Below are positions 1 through 13,017 of a stretch of 64,000 nt of DNA, piece after piece. Under the pieces are notes generated by a model. That model was not told where the DNA came from and made no database searches. It saw nothing but the letters and a program-made list of their open reading frames with translations. Numbering within the stretch: position 1 is the stretch's first letter; every line of letters starts with the position of its first letter. The DNA comes from Malacoraja senta (lineage: Eukaryota), in contig CM075988.1 in the NCBI GenBank assembly GCA_038087875.1, forward strand, positions 5,952,001-6,016,000, written 5' to 3'. Made by a program: the position numbers and the translations under genes.

Positions 1-1055
1 TGGGCTCCACCCTTCCTTGGTCATCTGTTACCAGCCCTGTTTTGTTCTGTCCTTTTACCTTCCTCCAGTTCTCTCCCCTCTACCTGCAGCCAGAAGAAGG
101 CACCGGACATGAAACGTCACCCATCCTTTTCCTCCAGAGATGCGGGCTGATCTGCCGTTACTCCAGCACTTTTTGTCCATCTTGGGTATATACCGGCATC
201 TGCAGCTCCTTTCTACACATCAATATTAGCGTAATCTCCTCTGTCTGTACATGATCTATAACCCTCCATTCCCTGCGTATCTATGTGCCTATCTGAAAGC
301 CTCTTAAACGTTACTATTGTGTCTGAAACCCACCACCCACTGTGGTGGGTGGCAGACGGCCCGTACAAAACGGCCCGTACATCTCCTTTAAAGATGTCCC
401 CTCTTACCTTAAAGATATGTCCTCTAGTCTTTAACAGTCCCAACCTGGGAAAAAGGTTCTGACTGTCTACCCGACCCTATTTATGCCTCTCATAATTTTA
501 CATACTTCAACCAGGTCTCACCTCAACCTGTAATGCTCCAGAGAAAACGATGCAAGTTTGCCCAAGAGTTTAAGAAAGAACTGCAGATGCTGGAAAAATC
601 GAAGGTAGACAAAAATGCAGGAGAAACTTAGGGTCGTCACCTATTCCTTCGCTCCATAGATGCTGCCTCACCCGCTGAGTTTCTCCAGCATTTTTGTCTA
701 CCTTGAAGTTTGTCCAACCGCTCATTATAGCAAAGACCCTCTAATCCGGGCAGCATTCAGTTGAATCTCATTACACCCATCTTCAAAGCTTCCACTTCCT
801 TTCTGCAATGGGGCACCCAGAACTGTGTACTGTACTCCAAATGCGCTCCAAGCAAAGTGCTATATTCCTGACTTATACTCAGTGGCCCGACCGATCAAGG
901 TTAGGATACCATATGCCTTCCTCGCCACTCTATGTTCTTGCATTGCTATTTTCAGAGAGCTATGTATTTGGAACACAACATCCCTGAGAGGGAAACGTAA
1001 TAAAATTACAACCAATGCCAGAGATCACAAGTTGAGATGTAGAGTGCGGACTCAC

Positions 1056-1119
1056 GGATTTGGATGGTCTTTCCAGCAGCTGAACACAGGAGCAATGAGA
1101 TGATGACAAGGTGCATCAT
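1056..1119 (-). CDS. First coding exon of an unidentified secreted protein (signal peptide MMHLVIISLLLCSAAG-KTIQI); gene continues leftwards
   Basis: ATG with A at -3 (1119), hydrophobic core ending in small residues (SAAG), phase-1 donor GTGAGT at 1055-1050, TATA-like box about 53 nt upstream. Confidence 0.6.
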
Positions 1120-1171
1120 TGTGATGAGCCACGGATCTCCCTGCAATGGTCTCCAGACCTTTGGCACCCTG

Positions 1172-1179
1172 TATAAATA
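1172..1179 (-). promoter_or_regulatory. Candidate TATA box (TATTTATA on - strand)
   Basis: Spacing to the signal-peptide ATG fits a short 5' UTR; motif only. Confidence 0.45.
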
Positions 1180-2984
1180 CACAGCCCTGGCCAATCCCCT
1201 GGACTTGAGGAACCATGCGGGCTGGTATATATATCCTGGAAATATCGTTGGCAGTGTCAATACTCGTGTTTCTGTAAACATATACGCGATAAAGTTGCTG
1301 AGCGACAGATCCTGGCTGAGCCAAATATCCATATTAATATTTAATGGGAAATGAGGAGGCAAGACTGGGAATGAGTCAAGGCACTACACCTGTACTGACA
1401 GTGGGAAACTACAGTCTGACAGGTAGTAGACACAATATGCTGGAGTAACTCAGCGGGACAGGCAGCATCTCTGGTGAAAAGGGAAAGGATGATATTTTGG
1501 GCCACAATGTCACCTATTCCTTATCTCCAGAGATGCTGCCTCCCCCCGCTGAGTTACTCCAGCATTTTGTGTCTGTCTTCGGTGTAAACCAGCATCTGCG
1601 TATAATCTGATAGGTACTGTGTGCTGAAGGAGTGTGCGGTTATGTCCACAAAAGTAATTCAGACAACGTTTTAGGGGTAGAGGGGGGGGGGGGGGGGAGG
1701 GGCGGTGGCTTCTCCTCACTTCAGCCCGGCTTCAGGCACCAGCCTGCCCACTGTCATGGCATGGGTAAATGGCAATGTAGGGAGGAACTGCAGATGCTGG
1801 ATTACAACGAAAATAGACACAACATTCTGGAGTAACTCAGTGGTCAGACAGGATCTCTGGAGAAAAGGAATTGGTGTCATTTTCTCACAAAGACGCCCGG
1901 GTTTGTAGGTCAGTTTGAAGAACGGTCTCGACCCGTAAACGCTGTCAATTCCTTTTCTCCAGAGATGCTGTCTGATCCGCTGAGTTACTCCAGCACTTTG
2001 TATCTATCTTAGGGGAACCCTGCTTCTGCCTTCGACCAAGTATTGAATGAGTGGCCAGGCCGGGACGCCCAGCGGGGGCTGAAGCCGGGGCCGGCGATAG
2101 ACACAAAGTGCTGCAGAAACTCAGCGGGTCAGGCAGCATCTCTGGAGAAGAAGGAGGAAAGAAAGTTTCTATACATTGGGGCTTGAGCCCGAGCATTGGA
2201 AGCGCTCACAGATACAGGAGGCGTAAGGGTCCTAAGGAGAGGTGCAGTTGGGAGAATGCAGTTTAGTGAGCCAGAGGAGATTGAAGGTCATAAGGTCATA
2301 AGGTCATAAGGAATAGGAGTTGAATTAGTCCATTCGGCCCATCAAGTCTACTCCACCATTCAATCATGGCTGACCTATCTCTCCCTCCTAACCCCATTCT
2401 CCTGCCTTCTCCCCATAATCTCTGACACTGTACTAATCAAGAAGGTGAGAGTGGTCATGGGTTGGGTTAATGAGAGATAAGGAGTGGGGCAAGAGATGGG
2501 CAAAAGATCCTATGTGTGAGCCATCTCCTCAGCCTGAAGAAGGGTCTCGACCCGAAATGTCACCCATCCCTTTCCCCCAGAGATGCTGCCTGACCCGCTG
2601 AGTTACTCCTGCACTTTGTGTCTATCTCCTTCTTGTGGTGAATTTTGATTGATTGAAAGATACAGCATTGGAACAGGTCCTTCGGCCATCGAGTCCATGC
2701 TAACCATCGATCGCCCGTTCGTACTAGTTCTATGTTATCCCACTTTCTCATCCACTCCCTACACACAAGGGGCAATTTACAGAGGCCATTAACCTACAAA
2801 ACCCGCACATCTTTGGGAAGTGGGAGGAAACCTGAGCACCTGGAGGAAACCCATGTGGTTCTTACTTGCTGCAGCTTTACAGGTGCATTCAATGCAACAA
2901 CAACAAAAATATATATACAATGTTCTTCTAAATAAAGTATACCATGTTAGAAAAACGTACTGTACATTGAGTTTTTTGTTGCTG

Positions 2985-4481
2985 TTGATTCAATGTTCTA
3001 TAGATTCAGGATCAGTTCCTGTGGATTGAGGGGTAGCTAATGTTATCCCACTTTTCAGGAAAGGAGCGAGAGAGAAAACGGGAATTATAAATCAGTTAGC
3101 CTGACATCAGTGGTGGGGAAGATGCTGGAGTCAATTATTAGAGAAGTAATAATGGTGCATTTGGATAGCAGTATAGGTATTGGTCCAAGTCAGCATGGAT
3201 TTATGAAGGGTGAATCCTGCTTGACTAATCTTCTGGAATTTTTTGAGGATGTGACAAGTAAAATGGATGAAGGAGAGCCAGTGGATGTAGTGTATCTGGA
3301 CTTTCAGAAAGCCTTTGATAAGGTCCCACACAGGAGAATAGTGAGCAGAATTAGAGCACATGGTATTGGGGGTAGGGTATTGAAATGGATAGAGAATTGG
3401 TTGGCAGATAGGAAACAAAGAGTAGAATAAACGGGTCCCTGTCAGAATGGCAGGCAGTGACACGTGGAGTGCCGCAAGGCTCGGTGCTGGGGCCGCAACT
3501 ATTTACAATATATATTGATGATGTAGATGATGGGATTAAATGTAACACTAGCAAGTTTGCGGATGACACAAAGCTGGGTGGCAGTGTGAACTGCGAAGAG
3601 GATGCTAGGAGGTTGCAGGGTGACTTGGACAGATTGAGTGAGTGGGCAGATGCATGGCAGATGCAGTATAATGTAGATAAATGTGAGGTTATCCACTTTG
3701 GTGGCAAGAACAAGGAGGCAAATTATTATCTCTATGGTGTCAGATTAGGAAAAGGGAAGTGCAACGAGACCTGGGTGTCCTTGTACACCAGTCACTGAAA
3801 GTAAACATGCAGGTAGAGCAGGCAGTGAAGAAAACTCATGGCATGTTGGCCTTCATAACAAGAGGATTTGAGTATAGAGCAAAGAGGTTCTTCTGCAGTT
3901 GTACAGGGCCCTGGTGAGACCACATCTGAAGTATTGTGTGCAGTTTTGGTCCCTAATTTGAGGAAGGACATCCTTGTTATTAAGGAGTGCGGCGTAGGTT
4001 CACAAGGTTAATCTTCGGGGTGGCGGGACTGTCATATGAGGAAAGATTGAAAAGACTAGGCTTGTATTCACTGGAATTTAGAAGGATGAGAGGATATCTT
4101 ATGGAAACATATAAAATCATAAATGGACTGGACAAGCTAGATGCAAGAAATGTTCTCAATGTTTGGTGTCCAGAACCAGGGGGCCACAGTTTAAGAATAA
4201 AGGGGAGGCCATTTAAATCTGGGATGGGAAAAAAACTTTTTCACCCAGAGAGTTGTGAATTTGTGGAATTCTCTGCCACAGAAGGCAGTAGAGGCCAATT
4301 CAATGGATAAATTTGAAAGAGAGTTAGTTAGAGCTCTACGGGCTAGCTGAATCAAGGGATATGGGGAGAAGGCAGGGACGGGTTACTGACTGTGGATGAT
4401 CAGCCATGATCACAATGAATGGCGGTGCTGGCTCGAAGGGCCAAATGACCTCCTCCTGCACCTATTTTCTGTGTTTCTATG
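2985..4481 (+). mobile_element. CR1-clade LINE (HER1-like), 5'-truncated, frameshifted reverse transcriptase
   Basis: Peptides QHGFMKGESCLTNLLEFFE, VDVVYLDFQKAFDKVPH, GVPQGSVLGP, FADDTKLGG, LGLYSLEFRRMRG; CR1 3' end gatcagccatgatc...ggctcgaagggc...tttctatg. Confidence 0.95.
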
Positions 4482-6313
4482 ACAACAAACCCGAAGTACA
4501 TAGAAGAACCATAGAAAGGTTATCGATCAGAAATATTAATAGTTTCTCTCTCCACAGATGCTGCCTGACCTGCTGATTATGTCTTCTATGTTTTTATTTC
4601 AGATTTTCAGCTTCCAAACACCACACTGAAATGTCAGTGTCAGGGGTTATGCGGATAAGACAGGAGAATGGGGTTGAGAGGGAGAGATAGATCAGCCATG
4701 ATCAAATAGCATAGACTTGATGGGTCAAGTAGCCTAATTCTGGTCCCAGAACCAATGAACTTATGAATTTATGAAATAAAAGCGGTTTGTGCATGGATTA
4801 ATCGGTTAGTTTGGTTGGTTATTTGACCTGGTTTTACTAGTTAGGGCCTTATTGCTCAGCTTGAGGCCTGCACAGGTGGTGCTGACATTGAAAATAAACA
4901 AGTGATAGCGGAACCGCATTCATAGAATGTAATCTTTGGCAAACAGGCATTAACCTCTATGATAAGCAAACAACTTCACCTCATGGCCAGAATATCAAGA
5001 GTGTGTGGAAAGTAAAGGCATCAAACAGATGTTTGGAAAGTATAAATAAGTGCCTGTGAATTTAATGTCTGCACGCACGTGACATCACACAGACAGTTTC
5101 ACAGCCCCACCTGTTCATGTAGATCACCTTGAACATGTACGAGGACCACACATGAGCCCTATAAATGACCCCGGCCCACTCTTACGCAGAGGGATAAAAA
5201 TACGTCTTCCCTACAGCCATCAGGCTATTTAACACAACAACCTGAAAATGAGCTCTGAACCTGTTAGCACCATTTCTGTTCGTTTTTATGTGTATGCATG
5301 TGTGTTTATGTGTGTGTATATATGTGTATAAACAAAATACAAATAATAAATGCAAACAAGTTCAATATATATATATTTTATATGTGCATATATATACAGT
5401 GTATATCACACACATTAAAACAAACATATTTATATATATGCAGAATTTGTTGTTACTTTATTACACATTTGTTACAGTGTACCATGTTGATATATTCTGT
5501 TGTGTTGCTGCAAGTAAGAATGTCATCGTTCTATCTGGGACATATGACAATAAAACACTCTTGACTATATCTTATCTAAACCTTATCCAAACAGTGATTA
5601 GATCCTGTATGGCTTAGTGCTGCACCCAGCTTTGATACTGAACTCAGGTGCTGTCTGCTTGGAGTTTGTACGATCTCCCTGTGACCGCGTGGTGCTCCGA
5701 CTTTCCTCCCACATCCCAAGACGTTCAGATTTGTAGATTATCTGGCCTCTCTAAATTGTCCCTGGTGTGTTGTGTGTGGATGGGAGAGTGGGATAACGTA
5801 CATAACTAGTAATAAAAAGGAACTGCCGATGCTGGTTTATATTAAACATGGACAAAAAATGTTGGAGTAACTCAGCGGGTTGGGCAGCATCTCTGAAGAA
5901 AATGGGTCGGTGAAGTTTCCGGTCGGCTCTGAAGAAGGGTCCTGACTTGAAACATCACATATCCATTCTCTCCAGAAATGCTGCCTGACTCATTGAGTTA
6001 TTGCCAGCACTTTGTGTCTAACATAGAACTAGTGTTATGTGTTCGCTGTGGACTCGGTGGGCTGGAGGGTCTGTTTCTTATGCTGTGCCTCGAAGCAACT
6101 AAGTAAAGTAAAGTAAATTAAAACGACCATACAATCTGACCCACACCCAGTGTCAACTATCAGTAGTTAGAAGCGACATAATGATATCCTGCACGTCATG
6201 TTAGTGCGGATGTTGTTAGTTTGCAATAAGTGGACCACCTATGTTTGGAGGTTTCTGCTGCCTCTTGGGGTTTTATTACAGATAGTACGCACCAAACCCA
6301 GCCCACAAACTAG

Positions 6314-6660
6314 GGTGGCACAGTGGCGCAGCTGGAAGTGCCGCTTCCCCACTGGCCCAGAGACCCGGGTTCGATCCTGACCTCGGTTGCTCTCTGTGTG
6401 GAGTTTGCGCGTTCTCCCTGTGACCGCGTGGGTTTGCTCCGGGTGATCCGGTTTCCTCCCACATCCCTACGACATGCAGGTTTGTAGGTTAATTTGCCTC
6501 TCTAAATTACCCCTCGTGTGTTGGGAGTGGATTAGAAAGTGGAATTACATAGAACTACTGTGAACGGGTGATTGGTGGTCGGCGTGGGCTCGATGGGCCG
6601 AAGAGCCTGTTTCCATGCTGTGTCTAGAAACTAAAAAAAACAAAACTAACTAAACTAAAC
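6314..6660 (+). mobile_element. HE1-like tRNA-derived V-SINE
   Basis: A/B-box head (ggtggcacagtggcgcag...ggttcgatcc), V-domain core gtggagtttgcgcgttctccctgtgaccgcgtggg, CR1-type tail gggccgaagagcctgtttcc...(actaa)n. Confidence 0.85.
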
Positions 6661-6825
6661 ATTCAATATAGTGCAACTATAGACATGTATTAGTCAGATA
6701 GAGCGATACAGTGTGGAAACAGGCCCTACGGCCCAACTTGCCCACTCCGGCCAACATGTCCCAGCTACACTAGTTCCACCTATCCCTCCACTTGGTCCAT
6801 ATCCCTCCAAACCTGTCTTATCCAT

Positions 6826-7284
6826 TGTTACAAGGGGAAGGTTGAAGGATCTGACTAGTAGAACAGAAAAAGGCTCACTCGTCTGTTTAGTTACAAATTA
6901 GTTTTATTGGCAAGAGAGAACAAAAACAATACTTGTCTTGGCATGCGCGGGGTCCGGTTTACAGCAGCACACACCTCTCTCTCTCTCTCTCTCTCTTTCT
7001 CTTTCTCTGCCTCCGTCCGCAGCGCTGATCGCGACAGCCCTTTGGGAACAAAGCGCTATCAGCCGCAGACTGGCGCATAAAGCAATCGACAGCGCTACAG
7101 ACTTCTACACACAGCGCTGCCGGTTTGGCGCGCAAAGGTTTAAACAGATCGCTGTCGGCTTAGTGCTGTTGGCTGCAACACTATCGATTCTAAATATAGA
7201 GCTACCGGCCACAGCGCTATGGGCTTTAAACATAGCGCTATGGGCTTTAAATAAAGACTGTTCGGGCAAAATTCTTGTAGAACA
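6826..7284 (-). mobile_element. Solo LTR (BEL/Pao-like termini) inserted in a CR1 3' fragment
   Basis: TGTT...AACA ends, 5-bp flanks tccat/gccat (1 mismatch), AATAAA on - strand near 6905; removing it restores the CR1 sequence tatccatgtacctgtc. Confidence 0.65.
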
Positions 7285-9772
7285 GCCATGTACCTGTCTA
7301 ACTGTTTCTTAAACGTTGGGATAGTCCCTGCCTCAACTACCTGTCTAAAATATGTGATTCTGTTCCATTCTGTTTGCAGTTTGTTTGTTTGTTTTTTGCA
7401 CAATCCACGAGCATCGCCACTTTTCATTTCACTGCTCATCTCGTATGTGTATGTGACGAATAAACTTGACGAACTTGAACTTGAACTTGAACTCCTCTGG
7501 CAGCCTGTTCCATACACCCACCACCCTTTGTGTAAAGAATTACCCCTCAGATTCCGATTGAAGCTTTTCCCCTTCACCTTAAACCTATGTCCTCTAGTCC
7601 TCGATTCACCCATTCTGGGCAGGAGACTCTGTTCATGTGAGACAGAACCCTTACAAATGTTGGTTCCCAAAATAGAATGGTGGTTTCAGCTTCCCTGAAG
7701 CTGCCACTGACAACTATTGACTGACAACACTGACCACAGTGGCTCAGGAACCCAGAGAGCGGAAGTTTTCAGCCGCTCTCAGTGAGCTGTTGAAGTTGAC
7801 TGGGCTGTGGCGATTGTGAAATGTCACCCAGAAGAGTCTGCAGCAGGGAAATAAGTGGTGATAACAGGGAGCGTACGGACACAACAGAAGGGAATGCAGC
7901 AGAGAGAAGCCTCAAGTGTTGCAGCCTCACACTTTAAACGGGTAATCAGGCAAACTGGCTGCTCGAGTAAAGATAGTTTATATAAGCACTTTAGGCAGTG
8001 TTTAGTATATATATTGTGGAGTCGGGTTCGGCAGTGACCACACCGACACTCGCTGTAGGGTGAACTAGTGTCATAGAGTCACAGAGTGATACAGTGTGGA
8101 AACAGGCCCTTCGGCCCAACTTGCCCACACCGGCAAACGTGTCCAAGCTACACTAGTCCCACCTGCCTGCGCTTGGTCCATATCCCTCCAAACCTGTTCT
8201 ATCCATGTACCTGTCTAAATGTTTCTTAAATGTTGGGATAGTCCCAGCGTCAACTACCTCCTCTGGCAGCTTGTTCCATTCACCCACCACCCTTCACGTG
8301 ATACATTTTATTTACAGAGACTAGAAGGTCCAGGACCACATGGGGGCGCTGTCCCTTGACGTCGGGGCATGTGGGTGGTGGTGCTGGCGATCTCGGGCTT
8401 GTCCTGGCAGCTCAGTCCAGGCCTTCGCAAGAGGAGGCCTGGCGATCTCAGGCATTTCCCCGCAGTTCACTCTTGCCTCAAGAGGAGGCGCTGGCAGTCT
8501 CAGGCTTAACCTGGCGACTCAGTCTTTGCCTCTGTGTGTGGGCACAGTCCTTTGTTGTCTGTGGGCAGGGAAAGGCACTGGCATCTCAGGCTTGCTCTGG
8601 CCACTCAGTCTTACTCTCAGTAAGGTGCTGGCTGTCTAGGGCTTCTTCCCGGCACCCCAGACTTGACCACATGGTGGTCTTGGGTTTGTTCCAGTACATT
8701 ACTGGTCAAAATGGCAGTAAGTAATGTCAAAGTATTGCGACATAACTGGTTTGCAGAAGTGAACATAGATACATCAGCAGATTCTTCTGTTATGTCTAGA
8801 GATCTTTACAAAGGAATGAATGAATGAATCAATTAATTAATTAATGATACTTTATATACTTTGTTATCACATGTGACATTTTTTGTTTTGTAAGGTTTCA
8901 AATTGTTCGATGTAGTCTTAATAGCCCTGTATTCTCGACGCACCCCTTCCCCCACACCGAGTCCTTCTTTATTCTCTCAACGGCACGTCCTCGTCCGTCC
9001 CAACTCCAGCACCCACCGCGGGTCATAAGGTCATAAGGAATAGGAATAAAATTAGGCCATTCGGCCCATCAAGTCTACTCCGCCATTCAATCATGGCTGA
9101 TCTATCTCTCCCTCCTAACCCCATTCTCCTGCCTTCTCCTCACAACCTCTGACACCCATACTAATCTATCTCTGCCTTAAAAATATCCACTGACTTGGCC
9201 TCCACGGTCTTCTGTGGCAAATAATTCCACAGATTCACCATGTTCAGTCCATCCTTGACCTCCTGTTGCCGGGGCCTCTTTAAGAGCTCCTCAAAGGTAA
9301 AATGTGAAGGAATTCAGTCCTCTGCTGGACACAAACATGCTAGCAACTCATGGTGATCAAGCAACAGTGAAAGCTACGTTCCTTAAACGTATTCAGCATT
9401 ACGTCAGTGCAAATGGTGGAGTTCTGGCAATAGTAGCCATGGCAGCCACTTGCAACAAGCCGGGTGCTTTAAAGCTGAATGTGTCAGGGTTGAAGAAATA
9501 CTTCAAAGCCTTTCTGACAACATGGCCTCAAATCTCCATGCCACAGGATAGAGAGGAAACAGTCCATGCTTTGGCTGGTTACACAGTGCAAGAAATGTCA
9601 AAATCTAGCATGGGATTCACGGCAACAAAGTTTCATCATCGATTTTGAGTTTGCTTCGTTTAATTACAACATTGACTACAGGGCAGTACAGTGCTGCAGC
9701 GGGTAGAGCTGCTGCCTCACAGAGCAAGAGATCCAAGTTCGATCCTGACCACGGGTGCTGTCGTTGTAGGAG

Positions 9773-10485
9773 TTTGCCTCGCCAACAGTCTGTCTGTCCC
9801 TTCCTTCTTTGTTGTTTTTTTTAGCATGTGTTAAATATGTTTTAATGTTCTTTCGCTTGTTTTATGTGGGTGGCGGGGGGATGGGGGTTGGGGGAAACTT
9901 TTTTACACCTCTGACCTTGACAGAGATGTGATTTTTTTCTGTATCGTATCTCCGTCTGCACTGCGGAATAACATCACGGCGTTGGCGGCCTTTGCCGGAG
10001 ACCGATTTCGGGAAGTTACAACCGTGGGAGCCTGCGGACTTAACATCGTGGAGCTGGCGATCCCTTTGTCAGGGATCGACTTCTGAGCCTGTGGACTTTA
10101 ACATCGTGGAGCTGGCGGTTTGTGGTTAGAGACCGACATCGGGATCTCCGAGCCGCAGGAGCTTTGATCGCACCGACGAGGGAGTTTCGACCGCCCCGAG
10201 GCGGGGACTTCGATCGCCGGCTGCGTGAGCTTTGATCACCCCGACTGCGGATGGTTCGACTGACCCGACGGCGGGAGAAAAATGGGGGATGAAAATTAGA
10301 CTTTATTGCCTTCGATCACAGTGAGGGGTGTGGGGAATCCACTGTGGTGGATGTTTATGTTAACTTTTATGTAGTTGTGTGTCTTGTTGCTTTTTTAAAG
10401 TCTGGCTGTATGGTAATATGAATATCACTGTACCTTAATTGGTACACGTGACAATAAAAGACCTTTGATACCTTTGAAACCTTTG
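9773..10485 (+). mobile_element. Non-autonomous GC-rich retroelement with Rex1-type 3' tail, inserted in a SINE
   Basis: Head gcctcgccaacagtctgtctgtcc, internal subrepeats (ggacttaacatcgtggagctggcg), tail cactgtaccttaattggtacacgtgacaataaa plus short repeats; related copies elsewhere in window. Confidence 0.7.
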
Positions 10486-10939
10486 ACCCGTATGGGTTTC
10501 CTCTGGGTGCTCTGGTTTCCTCCCACATACAAAGCCGTGCGGGTTTGTAGGTTAATCAGGCTGTGTCACTTGTATGTAGAGAGTGGATGATAAAGTGGGA
10601 TAACATAGAACTAGTGTGAATGGGTGACTGCTGGCCAGCATGGACTCGGTGGCCTGTTTCCACGTTGCATGGCTAACTAGAGGTCTGGAGCAGAAAGAGA
10701 ACTTGAATCAAAATTAACAGATCATATGCGACAGACTCGGGTGCAAAGCGAAGTAGTTCAAATAACACGAGGAAATGAGAGGATTAAACTAATGAACAAT
10801 TTTAATGTAAAGAAGTGGGACATTGAAATGTTAAGTCTATAAGTGTTGTTTTAATCTGGTGTAACATGGTGACTTTATCATACGTAGGCGTAGGTCCCCC
10901 CCTCGGTCATGGCTGACCATGGTTGACGGCTGCAAGCCT

Positions 10940-11915
10940 GGGCAATGTCATACCGTTGGGTTGTAAGGTATCCAAGCAGAATATGAGGTGTTGTTCCTCC
11001 AGTTTGTCACTCTGGCAATGGAGGAGGCCCAGGACAGAAAGGTCAGTGTGGGAATGGGAAGGGGAGTTAAAATGGTTAGCAACCAGAAGATCCAGTAGGC
11101 CTTGATAGACTGAGCGCAAATGTCCAGCAAAATGATCATCGAGTCTACACTTGGTCTTGCCGATGTGGAGGGGGATATTTGGCGAAACACTGGACGCAGT
11201 AGATGAGGTTAGAGCAGGTGCACGTGTACCTACGTCTCACCTGGAAAGACTGCCTGGATGGAGGTGAGGGAGCAGGTACAGGGGCAGGTGTTACATCTGT
11301 GGTTGCAGGGGAAAGTACCTGGCGAGAGGGTGGCTTGGGAGGGAAGGTTTGAGTGAACTGAGGAGTTGCGGAGGGTGCGGTCTTTGCAGAAGGCGGGGAG
11401 GGGTGGAAATGGGAAGATGTGAGTAGTGGGATCACGTTGAAGGTGATGGAAATGTCAAAGGATAATGTGTTGGATGCGGAGGCTGGTGGGGTGAAAGGTG
11501 AGGACCAAGGGAACTCTATCCTTGTTTATTCTGGGGGGAAGGAGAGCAAGAGAGGAACTATGGGATACAGAGGAGACATGGATGAGGGATCTATCTATGG
11601 CAGCAGGAGAGAAATTATGTTTACTAAAGACAGAAAGAGTTTGTACAATGTCCCCGTGACCCGCGTGGGTTTTCTCCGAGATCTTCAGTTTCCTCCCACG
11701 CTCCAAAGACGTACAGGTATTTAGGTAAATTGGCTTGGTAAATGTAAACATTGTCCCTAGTGTGTGTAGGATAGCGTTAATATGCAGGGATCGCTTGAGA
11801 TGGGGAATTGAGAGTCGGGGATAGTTGTCATTCCAAGAGGCAGGGTGGGAGAGAGTATAGTCCAGATAACTGTGTGAGTCTGTCGGTATATTCTGCATGA
11901 TTCGGGCAAGCAACC
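10940..11915 (-). mobile_element. Penelope-like element fragment (RT C-terminus and GIY-YIG endonuclease), split by a SINE at ~11635-11800
   Basis: Peptides PTDSHSYLDYT..HP, NKDRVPLVLTFHP, FQVRRRYTCTCSNLIYCVQC, VANHFNSPSHSHTDLSVLGL, LEEQHLIFCLDTLQPNGM. Confidence 0.85.
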
Positions 11916-12366
11916 TGGCAGAGCAACTAGATAGGCCTTTAAACTGTCCACTTGTAATTCATGCTACCATCAGGAAACAAAATACCACATGCAGCAACAG
12001 CAAACGCATGCAATGCGACCCAAACTCATGGCCGGATGCGCCGATAAAAACCACGTTAACCACAGAACCGTTGGTGATAAGTATTGCTCCTCACCATTTT
12101 TAACATAGACTGCCGCTGTCGTTTTTAAACTCATCCAATACACACACAACAAAGTGTTGAATTAATCTTACTTTATTAATGTTTGCAAAGAATGTGGAAC
12201 GCACATTTAAAATGACTGGGGAATTCAAGAAACTTAAACAGATTACACGCAAAGGCAAATGCTTTTAACCAAGAAAAACACATATGTCTTGCAATTCTCA
12301 CACTTTTGGTGGGTAATAATTGTGCACGAGTCCATAAGGGGTTAAATCTGAGAGCCAACAATATTT

Positions 12367-12675
12367 GGGCAGCACGGTGGCGCAGTGGTAGAGTTACTGC
12401 CTTACGGTGCCAGAGACCCGGGTTCGATCTTGACTATGGGTGCTTGTCTGTACGGAGTTTGTACGTTCTCCCCGTGACCCGCGTGGGTTTTCCCCGGGTG
12501 CTCTGGTTTCCGCCCACAATACAAAGACATGCAGGTTTGCAGGTTAATTGGCTTAGTATAATTGTAAATCGTCCCTAGTGAGTGCAGGGTAGTGTTAATG
12601 TGCGCAGATCGCTTGTCAGCGCGGACTCGGTGGGCCGAAGGGCCTGCTTCAGCGCTGTACCTCTATAACTAAAAA
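12367..12675 (+). mobile_element. Full-length HE1-like V-SINE (representative of more than 20 full or partial copies in the window)
   Basis: tRNA-like head, V-domain, CR1-like tail. Other copies e.g. 14575-14883(-), 15766-16020(-), 19475-19760(-), 26726-27030(-), 30035-30300, 33498-33790, 36490-36785, 55982-56285(-), 62120-62455. Confidence 0.9.
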
Positions 12676-13017
12676 ACAAAATCTAAATTCACAGCCTGGA
12701 ATAAACACATGCAGAACTCACACTGTGGTTAATCAGATAGTCTGGTTTGTTATTCCCTCTGGTTCATGAGTGTTAGAATCTTATCGGTCAGGCTGATGAT
12801 TCTACACATGGTGCTGACATTGAAAATAAATAATTGATAGCAGAATGGTATTGAAAGTACGTAATCTGTCTAAAACACCCATTAACCTCCAGGATATCCA
12901 AACAAATTAACCTCACAGCCAATATATCTGGAGAGTAAAATAACCCAATTGATTATTAGAAAGCATAAATGGCTGCCTGGGTATTTAGTGTTGGCACACA
13001 GGGTGGCAACAGATCTG

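Noticed and set aside
9304..9648. 114-aa ORF in unique sequence, with an X-box-like motif (gtagccatggcagc)
   Set aside because: Non-ATG start, no splice support, no recognisable domain; a Cys-rich minus frame has stops.
12367..12445. tRNA-like sequences with A and B boxes
   Set aside because: SINE heads continuing into the V-domain; not tRNA genes.
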